Shown here piece by piece: positions 25,380-36,141 of a DNA stretch of 64,000 bases; the first letter of the stretch is position 1, and every line of letters starts with the position of its first letter. The stretch lies in assembly GCA_964582475.1 (NCBI GenBank), contig CAZOQS010000004.1, positions 63,489 through 127,488 on the forward strand, given 5' to 3'. Source of the DNA: an uncultured Gammaproteobacteria bacterium. GTDB taxonomy: Bacteria > Patescibacteriota > Patescibacteriia > 2-12-FULL-60-25. The notes under the pieces were generated by a model. It ran no database searches. It was given only the letters and a program-made list of their open reading frames with translations, and was not told where the DNA came from. The position numbers and the translations under genes were made by a program.

Positions 25380-25577
25380 TTACGCCTTCTCTTCGTGCTG
25401 GGTACCGACGAACTTCTTGATCGTTCGGAGGGTGCGGGCGGCGACGCGCATACGCTTGCCGTTGATGCGAACAACCTGAAGGTTGACGTTCTGACGACGT
25501 CGGGAAGCGATGTTGGAGTGACTGCGGGAGTTGCCGAAGATGGCACTCTTTCCGCTCAGCTGACAAATTCGGGACAT
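25380..25577 (-). CDS. rpmB: 50S ribosomal protein L28
   Basis: MSRICQLSGKSAIFGNSRSHSNIASRRRQNVNLQ... canonical L28. Internal ATG at 25577. Confidence 0.93.
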   Translation of the reverse strand: MSRICQLSGKSAIFGNSRSHSNIASRRRQNVNLQVVRINGKRMRVAARTLRTIKKFVGTQHEEKA

Positions 25578-25682
25578 AAGAAGTAATGCAATAGACGGCA
25601 AAATAATGGCCGTAGGATAAGGGAAGTGGTCCGATTTGGCAAGCGCTCGTCCACACGGCATCATAGAGAGCATCCTCTCTTT

Positions 25683-26330
25683 ATGAATTTATCTCTGCTC
25701 TTTCAGGAGCCCTGGCTGTTCCTGGTCTTCATAATCGCCTTCCTTTTGACGCTTGCTGTGCATGAATTTTCCCATGCCTGGATGAGTACCATGCTGGGCG
25801 ACCAGACGGCTAAGCGGGAAGGGCGTTTGACCCTCAACCCCGTGTCCCATGTGGATATCTTGGGGTTTTTGGCGCTTGTGACCGTTGGTTTTGGCTGGGG
25901 AAAGCCCGTTCCGTTCAACCCATACAACCTGAAGTATCAGAAGTGGGGACCTACCTTTGTGGCAGTTGTTGGTCCTATCTCCAACTTATTATTTGGAACG
26001 CTCTGTATCTTGCTCGCAGGGGTATTTAGCCGCGCCTTTGGCTGGTCGCCTTCAAATCTGTTGATTACGGCCCTGTCCTTCATGGGATATCTCAACTTCT
26101 TACTACTTCTGTTCAACTTGATCCCATTACCCCCCTTGGATGGATCAAAGGTGCTTTTAGCCCTTCTGTCTTCAGAAGCGCATCGACCCGCGCGTCAGGC
26201 GCTTGAACAACATGGACCCGTGCTTTTGCTCGTCCTCATGATTCTGGATGCGGCGACGGGGATTGGATTCTTTGCTTGGATTGGATCGGTCGCTCGCTTT
26301 ATGGTCGAATTCATTGCTCGTCTCACGTAG
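25683..26330 (+). CDS. Site-2 protease family (M50) membrane metalloprotease
   Basis: HEFSHAW (HExxH) in the first TM region. Multiple TM helices. LIPLPPLDGSKV motif. Confidence 0.85.
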   Translation: MNLSLLFQEPWLFLVFIIAFLLTLAVHEFSHAWMSTMLGDQTAKREGRLTLNPVSHVDILGFLALVTVGFGWGKPVPFNPYNLKYQKWGPTFVAVVGPISNLLFGTLCILLAGVFSRAFGWSPSNLLITALSFMGYLNFLLLLFNLIPLPPLDGSKVLLALLSSEAHRPARQALEQHGPVLLLVLMILDAATGIGFFAWIGSVARFMVEFIARLT

Positions 26331-26348
26331 GGATAGCGAACCTCCAGT

Positions 26349-27968
26349 ATGTGGAAAAATGCTCCTGCAGCAGGAACGGTGCGCCTTTTCGGACGGGTCT
26401 TGGGTACGGCGTTGATACTCTCGATTGTATCGGCGTTGGTAGAGTCGATCGCGGGGGTCGCTGGAAGAACCCGCCTCATCGATCTCACGAGCGTGTTCAT
26501 CGAGCACCCCTTCTGGATTGTTGTATTTGGTAGCTGGGCCACCTGGATTGTGCGCCGCTTGCAGGGGGTGCCCTGGTCGTCCGCGATAGAGCGCGCACTA
26601 TCATTTGCCCCGCTCGTGCTCCTTATCCCCAGCGTAAACTGTGTTGTGGCTTGGCTAGGGCTAGAGTCGCTGGTACCTGCGTTTGTGAATGTATTGGAAG
26701 CCCCGGTGTCGATTTTGACTTTCGGTTGGTGGCCACGTTTTCTCGCCTCGCCTGGTGTATTGGTACTTCTCATCGTGGTTGCCGCGCTTTTTGTTTATCA
26801 ATCCTGGAAAGAAAAGCACCCACCCAAACGCATTCTGGGAGCGGTTCTGATGTGGCTCGCGGGAACATTGGGAGTCCTTTTGCTTCCCTCGCTCGTTTCC
26901 TGGGCCACGGTTTCAAATGAGGTCTCACCCTTGAACGCTGGTCCGAATGTATTAGCGCGCACCTGGGTTGCCTTGTCTCAAGAAGGGTATTGGTGGCGTT
27001 CGATGCTTGAGCGCTTCCCAGGGGTATTAGAGGGCGAAACGCAGGCCTCTGTGCGTTTCCTGCAGATAAGTGGCGCTTGGTTGATCGCGCTCGCACTTAG
27101 CGTCTTTGTCTTTTTCCGTCAGGTCTCCTCTTCGCCTCGCGAACTCCTTTCGTGGTTTAAGCCGGTTCGAGGCGTTTCTTTCCTAGGGGCGGCTTTTTTT
27201 GGCCTGTGGGTTGGGGTGCTGTTTGGGGGAAGATTTTTTGTGCGAGTCGTGGATGGAATCCCATTTTTGCTCTTTCTTGTGACGATTTTGGCTGTTTGGG
27301 GAGTGAGTGTCTGGAGAAACGACGTCCACGATCTAGAGCAGGATGTGGCTGCCGGACGGAACGATCGTCCTTTGGTGAAAGGGGAAGTACGACCAGCGGA
27401 TTTTGCTTGGGTGGGAAAGGCGTTATTATGTGTCGCTGGTATTGGTGGGTGGTTGCTTGGTTGGTCGATTTTCCTACCACTGGCAGGGTTTTTGGTACTA
27501 CAAGAAGGGCTGGGTGCTCCCGGTTTACGTTGGAAAGAGCGCTTGGTTGGGGGTCCTCTCCTCGCGCTATCCTTCGTGTGTGTAGCCGCTTCGGGGATCT
27601 TCTTCACTCTTCGAACAGCAGCCGTTCCTCTTCTCCCTGCAACTATTTGGCTGATGTTAGCGGCTTTTTATCTTTTTCAAGCAATTCCAAAGGCGATTCG
27701 TTGGTCTCCACGGCTGCTGCAAGTGTTCACAGGGTCTTTGCGTGTGCCACCGCGGATGTTGATCCCAGTCGCCTTAGCGTTGGGGTATCTCTCAGTCCCG
27801 CTCTTGTCTGGATGGACGGTCCTTTGGTGGCTCGCATTACCGTGCGCTGTTGTAGCTCTTTTACCGCTTCTGGGAAGTGGTCGCTGGGATGAGCGAAAAA
27901 TCGTAGGTTGGCAAACAGCCTTCCTCATTATTGCGTTTCTCTTACTGTCCGTGCGCCCATCCTCTTGA
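26349..27968 (+). CDS. Polytopic membrane protein with a C-terminal UbiA-type prenyltransferase domain
   Basis: NDVHDLEQDVAAGRNDRPLVKGEV matches the UbiA NDxxDxxxD...RPL motif. It is preceded by about 290 aa of extra TM helices. Confidence 0.65.
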   Translation: MWKNAPAAGTVRLFGRVLGTALILSIVSALVESIAGVAGRTRLIDLTSVFIEHPFWIVVFGSWATWIVRRLQGVPWSSAIERALSFAPLVLLIPSVNCVVAWLGLESLVPAFVNVLEAPVSILTFGWWPRFLASPGVLVLLIVVAALFVYQSWKEKHPPKRILGAVLMWLAGTLGVLLLPSLVSWATVSNEVSPLNAGPNVLARTWVALSQEGYWWRSMLERFPGVLEGETQASVRFLQISGAWLIALALSVFVFFRQVSSSPRELLSWFKPVRGVSFLGAAFFGLWVGVLFGGRFFVRVVDGIPFLLFLVTILAVWGVSVWRNDVHDLEQDVAAGRNDRPLVKGEVRPADFAWVGKALLCVAGIGGWLLGWSIFLPLAGFLVLQEGLGAPGLRWKERLVGGPLLALSFVCVAASGIFFTLRTAAVPLLPATIWLMLAAFYLFQAIPKAIRWSPRLLQVFTGSLRVPPRMLIPVALALGYLSVPLLSGWTVLWWLALPCAVVALLPLLGSGRWDERKIVGWQTAFLIIAFLLLSVRPSS

Positions 27969-28017
27969 CGCGGGGCAAAAAAAGCTGATAGATTAGCGCC
28001 CATCAACTTACTTTCCC

Positions 28018-28449
28018 ATGCCTACTATTAACCAGCTGGTTCGACGCGCCCGCAAGCCATTGGCCGTCAAATCAAAGAGCCCTGCGCTCCAATTCAAGAT
28101 GGACACGCTGCACCGCGTTCGCACGGAATACAAACGTGGATCCGGTTTGAAGCGTGGCGTATGTGTCAAAGTCACAACGATGACACCAAAAAAGCCAAAC
28201 TCTGCTATTCGTAAAATTGCGCGTGTGCGCTTGTCGAATGCACAGGAAGTAACAGCTTATATTCCTGGAGAAGGGCACAACCTTCAAGAGCACTCGATCG
28301 TCTTGATCCGTGGAGGTCGCGTAAAGGACTTGCCAGGTGTGCGCTATCACATCGTGCGTGGTGTCTACGATACGCAAGGTGTCCAAGGTCGTCGTGGCAG
28401 CCGTTCTCTGTACGGTGCTCGTCGTCCAAAGGAAGACAAGAAGAAATAA
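28018..28449 (+). CDS. rpsL: 30S ribosomal protein S12
   Basis: [13 protein letters not shown]...[10 protein letters not shown] canonical. Confidence 0.98.
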   Translation: MPTINQLVRRARKPLAVKSKSPALQFKMDTLHRVRTEYKRGSGLKRGVCVKVTTMTPKKPNSAIRKIARVRLSNAQEVTAYIPGEGHNLQEHSIVLIRGGRVKDLPGVRYHIVRGVYDTQGVQGRRGSRSLYGARRPKEDKKK

Positions 28450-28472
28450 TTTTCAGTCTTTGATATTCAATT

Positions 28473-28940
28473 ATGCGCGGAAAGAAAGCCCCTCGTCGCA
28501 AGGTTGCGAACGACCCGAAGTACAACAACGCTGTTATCACCAAGTGTATTAACTACTTGATGATCGGTGGAAAGCGTCAGCTTGCTCAGAAGATTGTCTA
28601 CGGAGCATTGGCTATCGCTGAAGAAAAGCTTCAGAAGCCAGCCGCAGAAGTGTTCGAAGAAGCGATGAAGAACGTTTCCCCAATGCTCGAGGTCAAATCT
28701 CGCCGCGTGGGTGGAGCGAACTACCAAGTTCCTCTCCAGGTGCGCGCTGATCGCCGTGTGCAGCTCGCGTTGCGCTGGATGATTACCGCCGCTCGTTCTC
28801 GCAAGGGAAAGCCGATGATCGAGAAGCTCGCAACAGAATTCATCGACGCTGCTCAGAACCAAGGAGAAGCGGTTCGCAAGAAGACGGACGTACAGCGCAT
28901 GGCCGAAGCCAACCGCGCCTTCGCTCACTTCGCCAAGTAA
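28473..28940 (+). CDS. rpsG: 30S ribosomal protein S7
   Basis: Canonical S7 sequence (VEVKSRRVGGANYQVP) in str-operon position. Confidence 0.98.
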   Translation: MRGKKAPRRKVANDPKYNNAVITKCINYLMIGGKRQLAQKIVYGALAIAEEKLQKPAAEVFEEAMKNVSPMLEVKSRRVGGANYQVPLQVRADRRVQLALRWMITAARSRKGKPMIEKLATEFIDAAQNQGEAVRKKTDVQRMAEANRAFAHFAK

Positions 28941-28962
28941 CAGATTATTTAGTGAATACCGA

Positions 28963-29014
28963 GTAGCTAGTAGCGAGTAGCAACCGAAAGCGCTACACCT
29001 ACTAGCTACTTTTG
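28963..29014 (+). terminator. Hairpin/terminator between rpsG and fusA
   Basis: 11-bp stem GTAGCTAGTAG / CTACTAGCTAC with an inner hairpin, followed by TTTTG. Confidence 0.5.
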
Positions 29015-29061
29015 CTCTTAGCCAGTTCAGCTCATCTCTCATCTTCTCTCACTCCATTCGT

Positions 29062-31143
29062 ATGCCCCGTGAATATTCATTGAAAGACACTCGCAACTTC
29101 GGAATTATCGCTCACATCGATGCAGGAAAGACCACTGTGTCTGAGCGTATTTTGTTTTATACAGGAAAGAAGCACAAAATTGGAGAAGTGCACGAAGGTG
29201 AAGCGACGATGGACTGGATGGAGCAGGAACAAGAGCGCGGAATCACGATTACTGCCGCTGCGACAACCTGTTACTGGAAGGGCTCGCGCATGAACTTGAT
29301 CGATACTCCAGGACACATTGACTTCACGATTGAAGTGCAGCGTTCACTTCGTGTACTCGACGGAGCTGTAACCGTGTTCGACGGTGTAGCTGGTGTGGAA
29401 TCACAGTCCGAAACGGTGTGGCGCCAGGCGGACAAGCACAATGTGCCTCGTATTTGTTTCATCAACAAACTCGACCGCATGGGAGCGAACTTCTATAACG
29501 ACGTGAAATCGATTCACGATCGTTTGACGAAGAATGCACATCCAATTCAGTTGCCGATCGGTGCGGAAGAAAACTTCATCGGGATCATCGACCTCGTGCG
29601 CATGAAGGCCGAGATGTACAGCGATGAAATGGGTCAGAACATCGCAGAAGTTGAAATTCCAGAAGACATGATGGAGAAGGCGAAGGAATATCGCGCAAAG
29701 ATGATTGAAGCGATTTCTGAGACGGACGAAGACATGATGAACCGCTATCTCGCAGGCGAAGAATTCACGGTTGAAGAAATCAAAGCTGGGATCCGCCGCG
29801 CAACGATCGCGAACCAGATCAATCCAATTTTGTGTGGCTCAGCGTTGAAGAACAAGGGTGTACAGTTTTTGCTCGACGCGATCGTGGAGTATCTCCCATG
29901 TCCGTTAGACATCCCTCCAACAAAAGCAACGGAAGTCGATGACCTCGATGTCTCCTTAGCGATTACCCCACAAGACAGCGAGCCATTCGCAGCGTTGGCC
30001 TTCAAGGTCATGGCTGACCCATTCGTCGGAAAATTGATTTTCTTCCGCGTCTACTCCGGAATGTTGTCTGCTGGATCTTATGTGATCAATGCACGTACAG
30101 GGGAAAAAGAACGTATTGGTCGCATCGTCCGCATGCACGCGAACGATCGTGAAGAGGTCTCAGAGGTTTTCTCTGGTGACATCGCCGCTGCCGTTGGATT
30201 GAAAGGAACATTGACGGGGGACACGCTCTTCGATGAAAAGCGTCCTTTGAAACTTGAATCGATCATCATTCCAGAGCCAGTTATTTCGCTCGCTGTTGAA
30301 CCAAAGACAAAGGCTGACCAAGAAAAGATGGGTGTCGCGTTGCAGAAGTTGGGTGAAGAAGATCCTTCCTTCCGTGTACGTACCGACGAAGAAACGCTTC
30401 AGACCATTATCAGCGGGATGGGTGAATTGCACCTTGAAATCATCGTTGATCGCATGAAGCGCGAATTCAAAGTGGACGCGACGGTTGGTAAGCCACAGGT
30501 TGCCTATCGTGAAGCCTTGAAGGGATCTGCTGAAGGAGAAGGGAAATATATTCGTCAGTCTGGTGGTCGTGGTCAGTACGGTCACTGTGTGATCACGGTT
30601 GAACCAAACGAACGCGGCAAGGGCTACGAATTCGTTGATAGTATCAAGGGTGGTGTGATTCCTCGCGAATTCATCCAGCCAATTAACAAGGGTATTCAAG
30701 AAGCGATGCTGCGTGGCGTGTTGGCTGGTTATCCAATGCTCGATGTGAAGATCACGTTGACCGATGGAAGCTACCACGACGTTGACTCGTCCGAAGCATC
30801 TTTCAAGGTCGCTGGATCACTCGCCTTCCAGGATGGTTGTCGCAAGGGTGGTGTCGTCATTCTTGAGCCAGTCATGAAAGTCGAAGTCGTTACTCCAGAA
30901 GCCTTCATGGGAGACGTTATCGGTGACTTGAACGCCAAGCGTGGACAGATCGAGGATGTGGCAGACCGTTCGAGCGTGAAAGTCATTCGCGCCTTGGTCC
31001 CACTCGCTGAAATGTTCGGCTACTCGACCTCGCTTCGTTCTATGACCCAGGGTCGCGCCAGCTCCACTATGGAATTTGGCCAGTACGAAGAAGTTCCAAA
31101 CAACATCTCAAAGATCATCATCGAAGGTCGCACCAAGAAATAA
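29062..31143 (+). CDS. fusA: Elongation factor G
   Basis: G-domain motifs [14 protein letters not shown] and NKLD. Full-length EF-G. Confidence 0.98.
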   Translation: MPREYSLKDTRNFGIIAHIDAGKTTVSERILFYTGKKHKIGEVHEGEATMDWMEQEQERGITITAAATTCYWKGSRMNLIDTPGHIDFTIEVQRSLRVLDGAVTVFDGVAGVESQSETVWRQADKHNVPRICFINKLDRMGANFYNDVKSIHDRLTKNAHPIQLPIGAEENFIGIIDLVRMKAEMYSDEMGQNIAEVEIPEDMMEKAKEYRAKMIEAISETDEDMMNRYLAGEEFTVEEIKAGIRRATIANQINPILCGSALKNKGVQFLLDAIVEYLPCPLDIPPTKATEVDDLDVSLAITPQDSEPFAALAFKVMADPFVGKLIFFRVYSGMLSAGSYVINARTGEKERIGRIVRMHANDREEVSEVFSGDIAAAVGLKGTLTGDTLFDEKRPLKLESIIIPEPVISLAVEPKTKADQEKMGVALQKLGEEDPSFRVRTDEETLQTIISGMGELHLEIIVDRMKREFKVDATVGKPQVAYREALKGSAEGEGKYIRQSGGRGQYGHCVITVEPNERGKGYEFVDSIKGGVIPREFIQPINKGIQEAMLRGVLAGYPMLDVKITLTDGSYHDVDSSEASFKVAGSLAFQDGCRKGGVVILEPVMKVEVVTPEAFMGDVIGDLNAKRGQIEDVADRSSVKVIRALVPLAEMFGYSTSLRSMTQGRASSTMEFGQYEEVPNNISKIIIEGRTKK

Positions 31144-31173
31144 GACGCGTAGAACCGATCGGCGGTTCAAACG

Positions 31174-31210
31174 AAACCCAGCCTCTGGCAGTATGCCTAG
31201 GCTGGGTTTT
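31174..31210 (+). terminator. Intrinsic terminator after fusA
   Basis: Stem AAACCCAGCCT / AGGCTGGGTTT followed by a T-run. Confidence 0.7.
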
Positions 31211-31241
31211 CGGTTCACGACGCGTAGGGTAGGCTGCTGCC

Positions 31242-31727
31242 ATGGCTATACCTGCACTGACCCGGCTGCTCGAACTCGTTCACCGTACCCGCTTACCGCT
31301 GATCGTTCAGTCTTCGGATGCCAGCGAGCCCTGCGTCGTCCTACCTTTGAGTGTCTATGAGAAACTGGTAGGGGGAGTATCTGAAGTTTTGGGAGGGGAT
31401 GAGTCCCAATCTCTCCCTATGGCTGAGCCTCAAGCGTCATTGGCAGACTTCTTGACCCCTGCATCAGATCGCTCATCTGCCGCGTCGAGTGGCGCACCTG
31501 ATCGTTCGGAGTTAGAATCTAGAAACAGCCTCCGACTTCAAGATCTCCTTCAGGTCCAGGCTGAAATACCAGCCAAATCGCCAGTATCCGCAGTTCTTCC
31601 CCAGGTGGGTTCGGTGGAAGACCACTTTGCTTTCGATGGGCTTGATGTGAGAATTTTGCCTAAGACAAGGCAAAAAATAGGTGACATGCAAGATGCTCTT
31701 GACGGAAGTGGGCAGACTCTTGCCTGA
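31242..31727 (+). CDS. Hypothetical protein between fusA and tuf (N-terminus resembles a Phd/YefM-type fold; disordered acidic/Ser tail)
   Basis: 161-aa ORF bracketed by the fusA terminator and the tuf promoter region. N-terminal pattern LTRLLELVHRTRLPLIVQSSDASEPCVVLPLSVYEKL. Confidence 0.45.
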   Translation: MAIPALTRLLELVHRTRLPLIVQSSDASEPCVVLPLSVYEKLVGGVSEVLGGDESQSLPMAEPQASLADFLTPASDRSSAASSGAPDRSELESRNSLRLQDLLQVQAEIPAKSPVSAVLPQVGSVEDHFAFDGLDVRILPKTRQKIGDMQDALDGSGQTLA

Positions 31728-31795
31728 AATCAACGTCTTTGTTATCATCATGCCACTCATAATTACGTATTTTTAGTCTTATTTGACCTGCTCCT

Positions 31796-32986
<1,191 letters not shown>

Positions 32987-32994
32987 GCTAAACC

Positions 32995-33055
32995 GGGGAG
33001 GTTCCCCGCCTCGTAAAGAGCATCTCGCATGTTCTACGAGGTGGGGAACCTCCCC
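32995..33055 (+). promoter_or_regulatory. Long stable hairpin between tuf and rpsJ (21-nt arms, no U-tract)
   Basis: GGGGAGGTTCCCCGCCTCGTA (32995-33015) pairs with TACGAGGTGGGGAACCTCCCC (33035-33055). It ends 10 nt before the rpsJ ATG. Confidence 0.6.
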
Positions 33056-33065
33056 TCCATTGCAC

Positions 33066-33416
33066 ATGTCCGATATCAAGACAAAGGCAGCCCCAGTAGT
33101 GAAAACAGCGGGAGCACAGCGCGTGCGGATTAAGATCCGTGCCTATGATCATAAGATCATTGACCAGGCGACTCGCATGATCATCGAAACGGCTGAACGG
33201 AATGGTGGGAAAGTGATCGGCCCGATCCCGTTGCCGACAGAAAAGAAGAAGTGGACCGTCAACCGTTCCACGTTCATCTACAAGGACGCTCGTGAGCAGT
33301 TTGAAATGCGCATTCATAAGCGCATTGTCGACATCTTGGATCCAAATCCAAAGACGATCGATTCGCTCACCTCTCTCAACCTCCCAGCGGGTGTTGATGT
33401 AGAGATCAAAATGTAA
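33066..33416 (+). CDS. rpsJ: 30S ribosomal protein S10
   Basis: [38 protein letters not shown] canonical S10. Confidence 0.97.
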   Translation: MSDIKTKAAPVVKTAGAQRVRIKIRAYDHKIIDQATRMIIETAERNGGKVIGPIPLPTEKKKWTVNRSTFIYKDAREQFEMRIHKRIVDILDPNPKTIDSLTSLNLPAGVDVEIKM

Positions 33417-33551
33417 GAGTGTGTGGTTCCCAAGGAGAAAGTTGTCTGAAGGCTTACTTCAAAACGTGCTCGTTTAACGAGTGCGTGACATAACCTCCCT
33501 GCAGTGAATCGTGAAGTTCCGAAACGTCGGTTCAGCCTCTTCTAGGTTGAG

Positions 33552-33602
33552 ACCGGGAGTTTGGAGACAAACGATTGTCTGCAGACTCCCGGTTTTGTTT
33601 TT
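33552..33602 (+). terminator. Strong intrinsic terminator/attenuator inside the rpsJ-rplC spacer
   Basis: ACCGGGAGTTTGGAGACAA-acga-TTGTCTGCAGACTCCCGGT (about 19 bp, one mismatch) followed by TTTTGTTTTT. Confidence 0.7.
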
Positions 33603-33629
33603 ATCCATCCGCGACCAATCCGATCGCAT

Positions 33630-34235
33630 ATGAAATTCATCCTCGGTAAGAAACTCGAGATGTCGCAAATTTACGGAGCAGATGGAAATCTGATTCCCGT
33701 AACTTTAGTGCAGGCGGGTCCATGTGTTATCACGCAGGTTAAGACGAAAGAGACGGACGGCTACGAAGCGGTGCAGGTTGGATTTGGCACTTCCCGTACG
33801 CTGACACGTCCAGAGGCTGGTCACTTGAAAGATCTTCCTCAAGCTCCTCACTTGTGCGAATTCCGGTTGTCAGATGTCGCGTCCTTCAAGCGTGGTGACG
33901 CGATTGAGGCAGCGGTCTTCCAGCCAGGTGATAAGGTAAACGTTCGTGGGACATCGAAGGGCAAGGGCTTTCAGGGTGTGGTGCGTCGTCATCACTTCCA
34001 TGGTCACCCAACGAGTCACGGTCACAAGGACCAAGAGCGTATGCCAGGTTCTATCGGTGCCGGTGGTGTTCAGCACGTGTTGAAAGGCCGCCGTATGGCC
34101 GGTCACATGGGCGACGAATCGGTCATGGTGAAGAACTTAGTTGTCGTCGAAGTGCGTGAAGGGGGAATCCTCGCTCTGAAAGGAGCCGTCCCAGGAGCCC
34201 GTCATTCTTTGATTGAAATCGTTTCCGCTTCCTAA
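33630..34235 (+). CDS. rplC: 50S ribosomal protein L3
   Basis: MKFILGKKLEMSQIY...GKGFQGVVRRH canonical L3. ATG at 33630. Confidence 0.95.
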   Translation: MKFILGKKLEMSQIYGADGNLIPVTLVQAGPCVITQVKTKETDGYEAVQVGFGTSRTLTRPEAGHLKDLPQAPHLCEFRLSDVASFKRGDAIEAAVFQPGDKVNVRGTSKGKGFQGVVRRHHFHGHPTSHGHKDQERMPGSIGAGGVQHVLKGRRMAGHMGDESVMVKNLVVVEVREGGILALKGAVPGARHSLIEIVSAS

Positions 34236-34237
34236 AT

Positions 34238-34864
34238 ATGGCTAAGACATCGATCTACAACTACCAGGGTCAATCAGTCGGCCAGATGGAACTTCCGGAC
34301 CGTCTGTTCGCTGTGACTCCAGATCCAGCTCTCGTGCACGAAGCCGTGATTGCTCAGCGCGCCAACGCACGTCATGCAATTGCTGCAACGCAAACCAAGG
34401 GAATGGTGCACGGAGGCGGAAAGAAGCCATGGAAGCAAAAGGGAACTGGTCGCGCCCGTCAGGGATCGATTCGTTCTCCTCAGTGGAAGGGTGGAGGTGT
34501 CGTGTTCGGTCCAAGTTCCGAACGCAACTTCTCGCTCAAGATGAACCGCAAAGCGAAGCGCAAGGCTTTGTCGATGGTACTCACCGACAAACTTATGCGT
34601 GAAAAACTCATTGTGCTCGAGACGATCATGAAAGAGCCAGTGAAGACCAAGACGTTCCTCGCGATGATGCAGAAACTTCCTGTTGATCGCACGACGCTCA
34701 TGGTGCTTGGTGGCTCGGATCCAGTCGCAGTTCGCATGGCTCGCAACCTTCCATCCGTGAAGGTCGTGACCGTCAACAGCTTGAACATGCTCGATCTCTT
34801 GACCTACCGTTCCGTAGTCTTTTTGAAAGACGCTATTTCGGCGTTGGAACAGATCTACGCCTAA
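34238..34864 (+). CDS. rplD: 50S ribosomal protein L4
   Basis: GGGKKPWKQKGTGRARQGSIRSPQWKGGGVVFGP canonical L4. Confidence 0.97.
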   Translation: MAKTSIYNYQGQSVGQMELPDRLFAVTPDPALVHEAVIAQRANARHAIAATQTKGMVHGGGKKPWKQKGTGRARQGSIRSPQWKGGGVVFGPSSERNFSLKMNRKAKRKALSMVLTDKLMREKLIVLETIMKEPVKTKTFLAMMQKLPVDRTTLMVLGGSDPVAVRMARNLPSVKVVTVNSLNMLDLLTYRSVVFLKDAISALEQIYA

Positions 34865-34873
34865 TATTCTCCT

Positions 34874-35290
34874 ATGGGAATTATTGACCGCATCCGCAAG
34901 CAGCCGGCTGACAAAGCCACGAAGGACGCTGCTGCTCCAAAGACAAAGAAGACGGCAAAGAAGCCAGAGGCTGATTTGTCCGTCAAAGCTCCTACAACCG
35001 TCCTTCCTTCTTGGATGTACTCCGTTGTTGGCGCGCCTCGCGTAAGCGAAAAGGCTTCCCGTTTAGTAACGGAAACCAACACCTACACCTTTAATGTGCC
35101 AATCGCTGCTGAAAAGGTTGCCATCCGCAAAGCAATTGAAGCTCGTTACGGCGTGAAGGTGGTCGCTGTTCGCACAATTCGTGGCGCTGGAAAAGTCGTC
35201 CGCCGTGGACGCATTGAAGGTCGCCGCAATGCCTGGAAGAAGGCTTTGGTTGAGCTTAAACCAGGATCATCGATTGATCTCTCCGCGTAA
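34874..35290 (+). CDS. rplW: 50S ribosomal protein L23 (Lys-rich N-terminal extension of about 45 aa)
   Basis: The C-terminal 90 aa match L23 (YTFNVPIAAEKVAIRKAIEARYGVKV). Operon position. Confidence 0.92.
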   Translation: MGIIDRIRKQPADKATKDAAAPKTKKTAKKPEADLSVKAPTTVLPSWMYSVVGAPRVSEKASRLVTETNTYTFNVPIAAEKVAIRKAIEARYGVKVVAVRTIRGAGKVVRRGRIEGRRNAWKKALVELKPGSSIDLSA

Positions 35291-35295
35291 TTGTT

Positions 35296-36135
35296 ATGCC
35301 TATTAAGCAATACAAGCCTGTTACCAAAGGCCGCCGTTTCTCCTCGGTTCAGGATTTCTCCGACATCACGACCAACGAGCCAGAGAAAACGCTTATCTCG
35401 TTCCGCAAGAGCCGAGCAGGTCGTTCGAATGGAAAGATCACCGTTCGTCACCAGGGTGGTGGCAACAAGCGTTATACGCGTGAAATTGACTTCGTCCGTT
35501 CTCGCTACGACATCCCAGCGAAAATCGTTTCGATTGAATACGATCCAAGCCGTGGTGCCCGTATCGGTCTCGTGAACTACGCCGATGGTGTGAAGAGCTA
35601 CATCCTTCTTCCATTCGGTTCAAAGGTAGGGGACACCATTGTGTCTTCGCGCACAGAAGCTGAAATCACGGTTGGAAACCGTTTGCCACTTGAAAAGATC
35701 CCTGTCGGTACGCAGGTCCACGGAGTTGAATTGAATCCAGAGCAGGGCGCGAAAATCGCTCGTGCCGCTGGAACGTTGATCAGCTTCATGGCGATTGAAG
35801 GCGACACAGCTATTTTGAAGATGCCATCCGGCGAAGTCCGCAAGGTTCCAAAATCTTGCTCGGCAACAATCGGAACAGTTTCGAACCCAGACTGGCACTT
35901 GGTGCGCTGGGGAAAAGCTGGTCGTATGCGTCATCGTGGGATCAAGCCTACCGTCCGCGGTAAGGTGATGAACCCGGTCGATCACCCACACGGTGGTGGT
36001 GAAGGTAAGCATCCAATCGGTATGAAGTACGCCAAGACGAAGTGGGGTAAGCATGCGCTTGGTGTGAAAACACGTCGCACGCACCGCTCCTCTGATCGCC
36101 ATATTCTTACCCGTCGTCGCGGGAATACGCTCTAA
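35296..36135 (+). CDS. rplB: 50S ribosomal protein L2
   Basis: Canonical L2 (MNPVDHPHGGGEGK). Confidence 0.98.
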   Translation: MPIKQYKPVTKGRRFSSVQDFSDITTNEPEKTLISFRKSRAGRSNGKITVRHQGGGNKRYTREIDFVRSRYDIPAKIVSIEYDPSRGARIGLVNYADGVKSYILLPFGSKVGDTIVSSRTEAEITVGNRLPLEKIPVGTQVHGVELNPEQGAKIARAAGTLISFMAIEGDTAILKMPSGEVRKVPKSCSATIGTVSNPDWHLVRWGKAGRMRHRGIKPTVRGKVMNPVDHPHGGGEGKHPIGMKYAKTKWGKHALGVKTRRTHRSSDRHILTRRRGNTL

Positions 36136-36141
36136 CCTCCT

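Noticed and set aside
25022-26773. ORFs 25022-25546 (minus), 25363-25656 (minus) and 26195-26773 (minus).
   Set aside because: They overlap the LOG gene, rpmB (a different frame of the same region) and the M50/UbiA genes in antisense. The true rpmB is the 65-aa frame starting at 25577.
30160-30777. Long antisense ORFs lie inside highly conserved genes. Examples: 30160-30777 in fusA, 32594-33079 in tuf, 37125-37716 in rpsC, 41368-41736 and 41733-42185 in rpsE, 42230-42853 across rplO/secY, 18247-18837 in nusG, and 28467-29042 across rpsG.
   Set aside because: The sense strand encodes unmistakable universal proteins. The antisense products have no motifs and are biased in composition.
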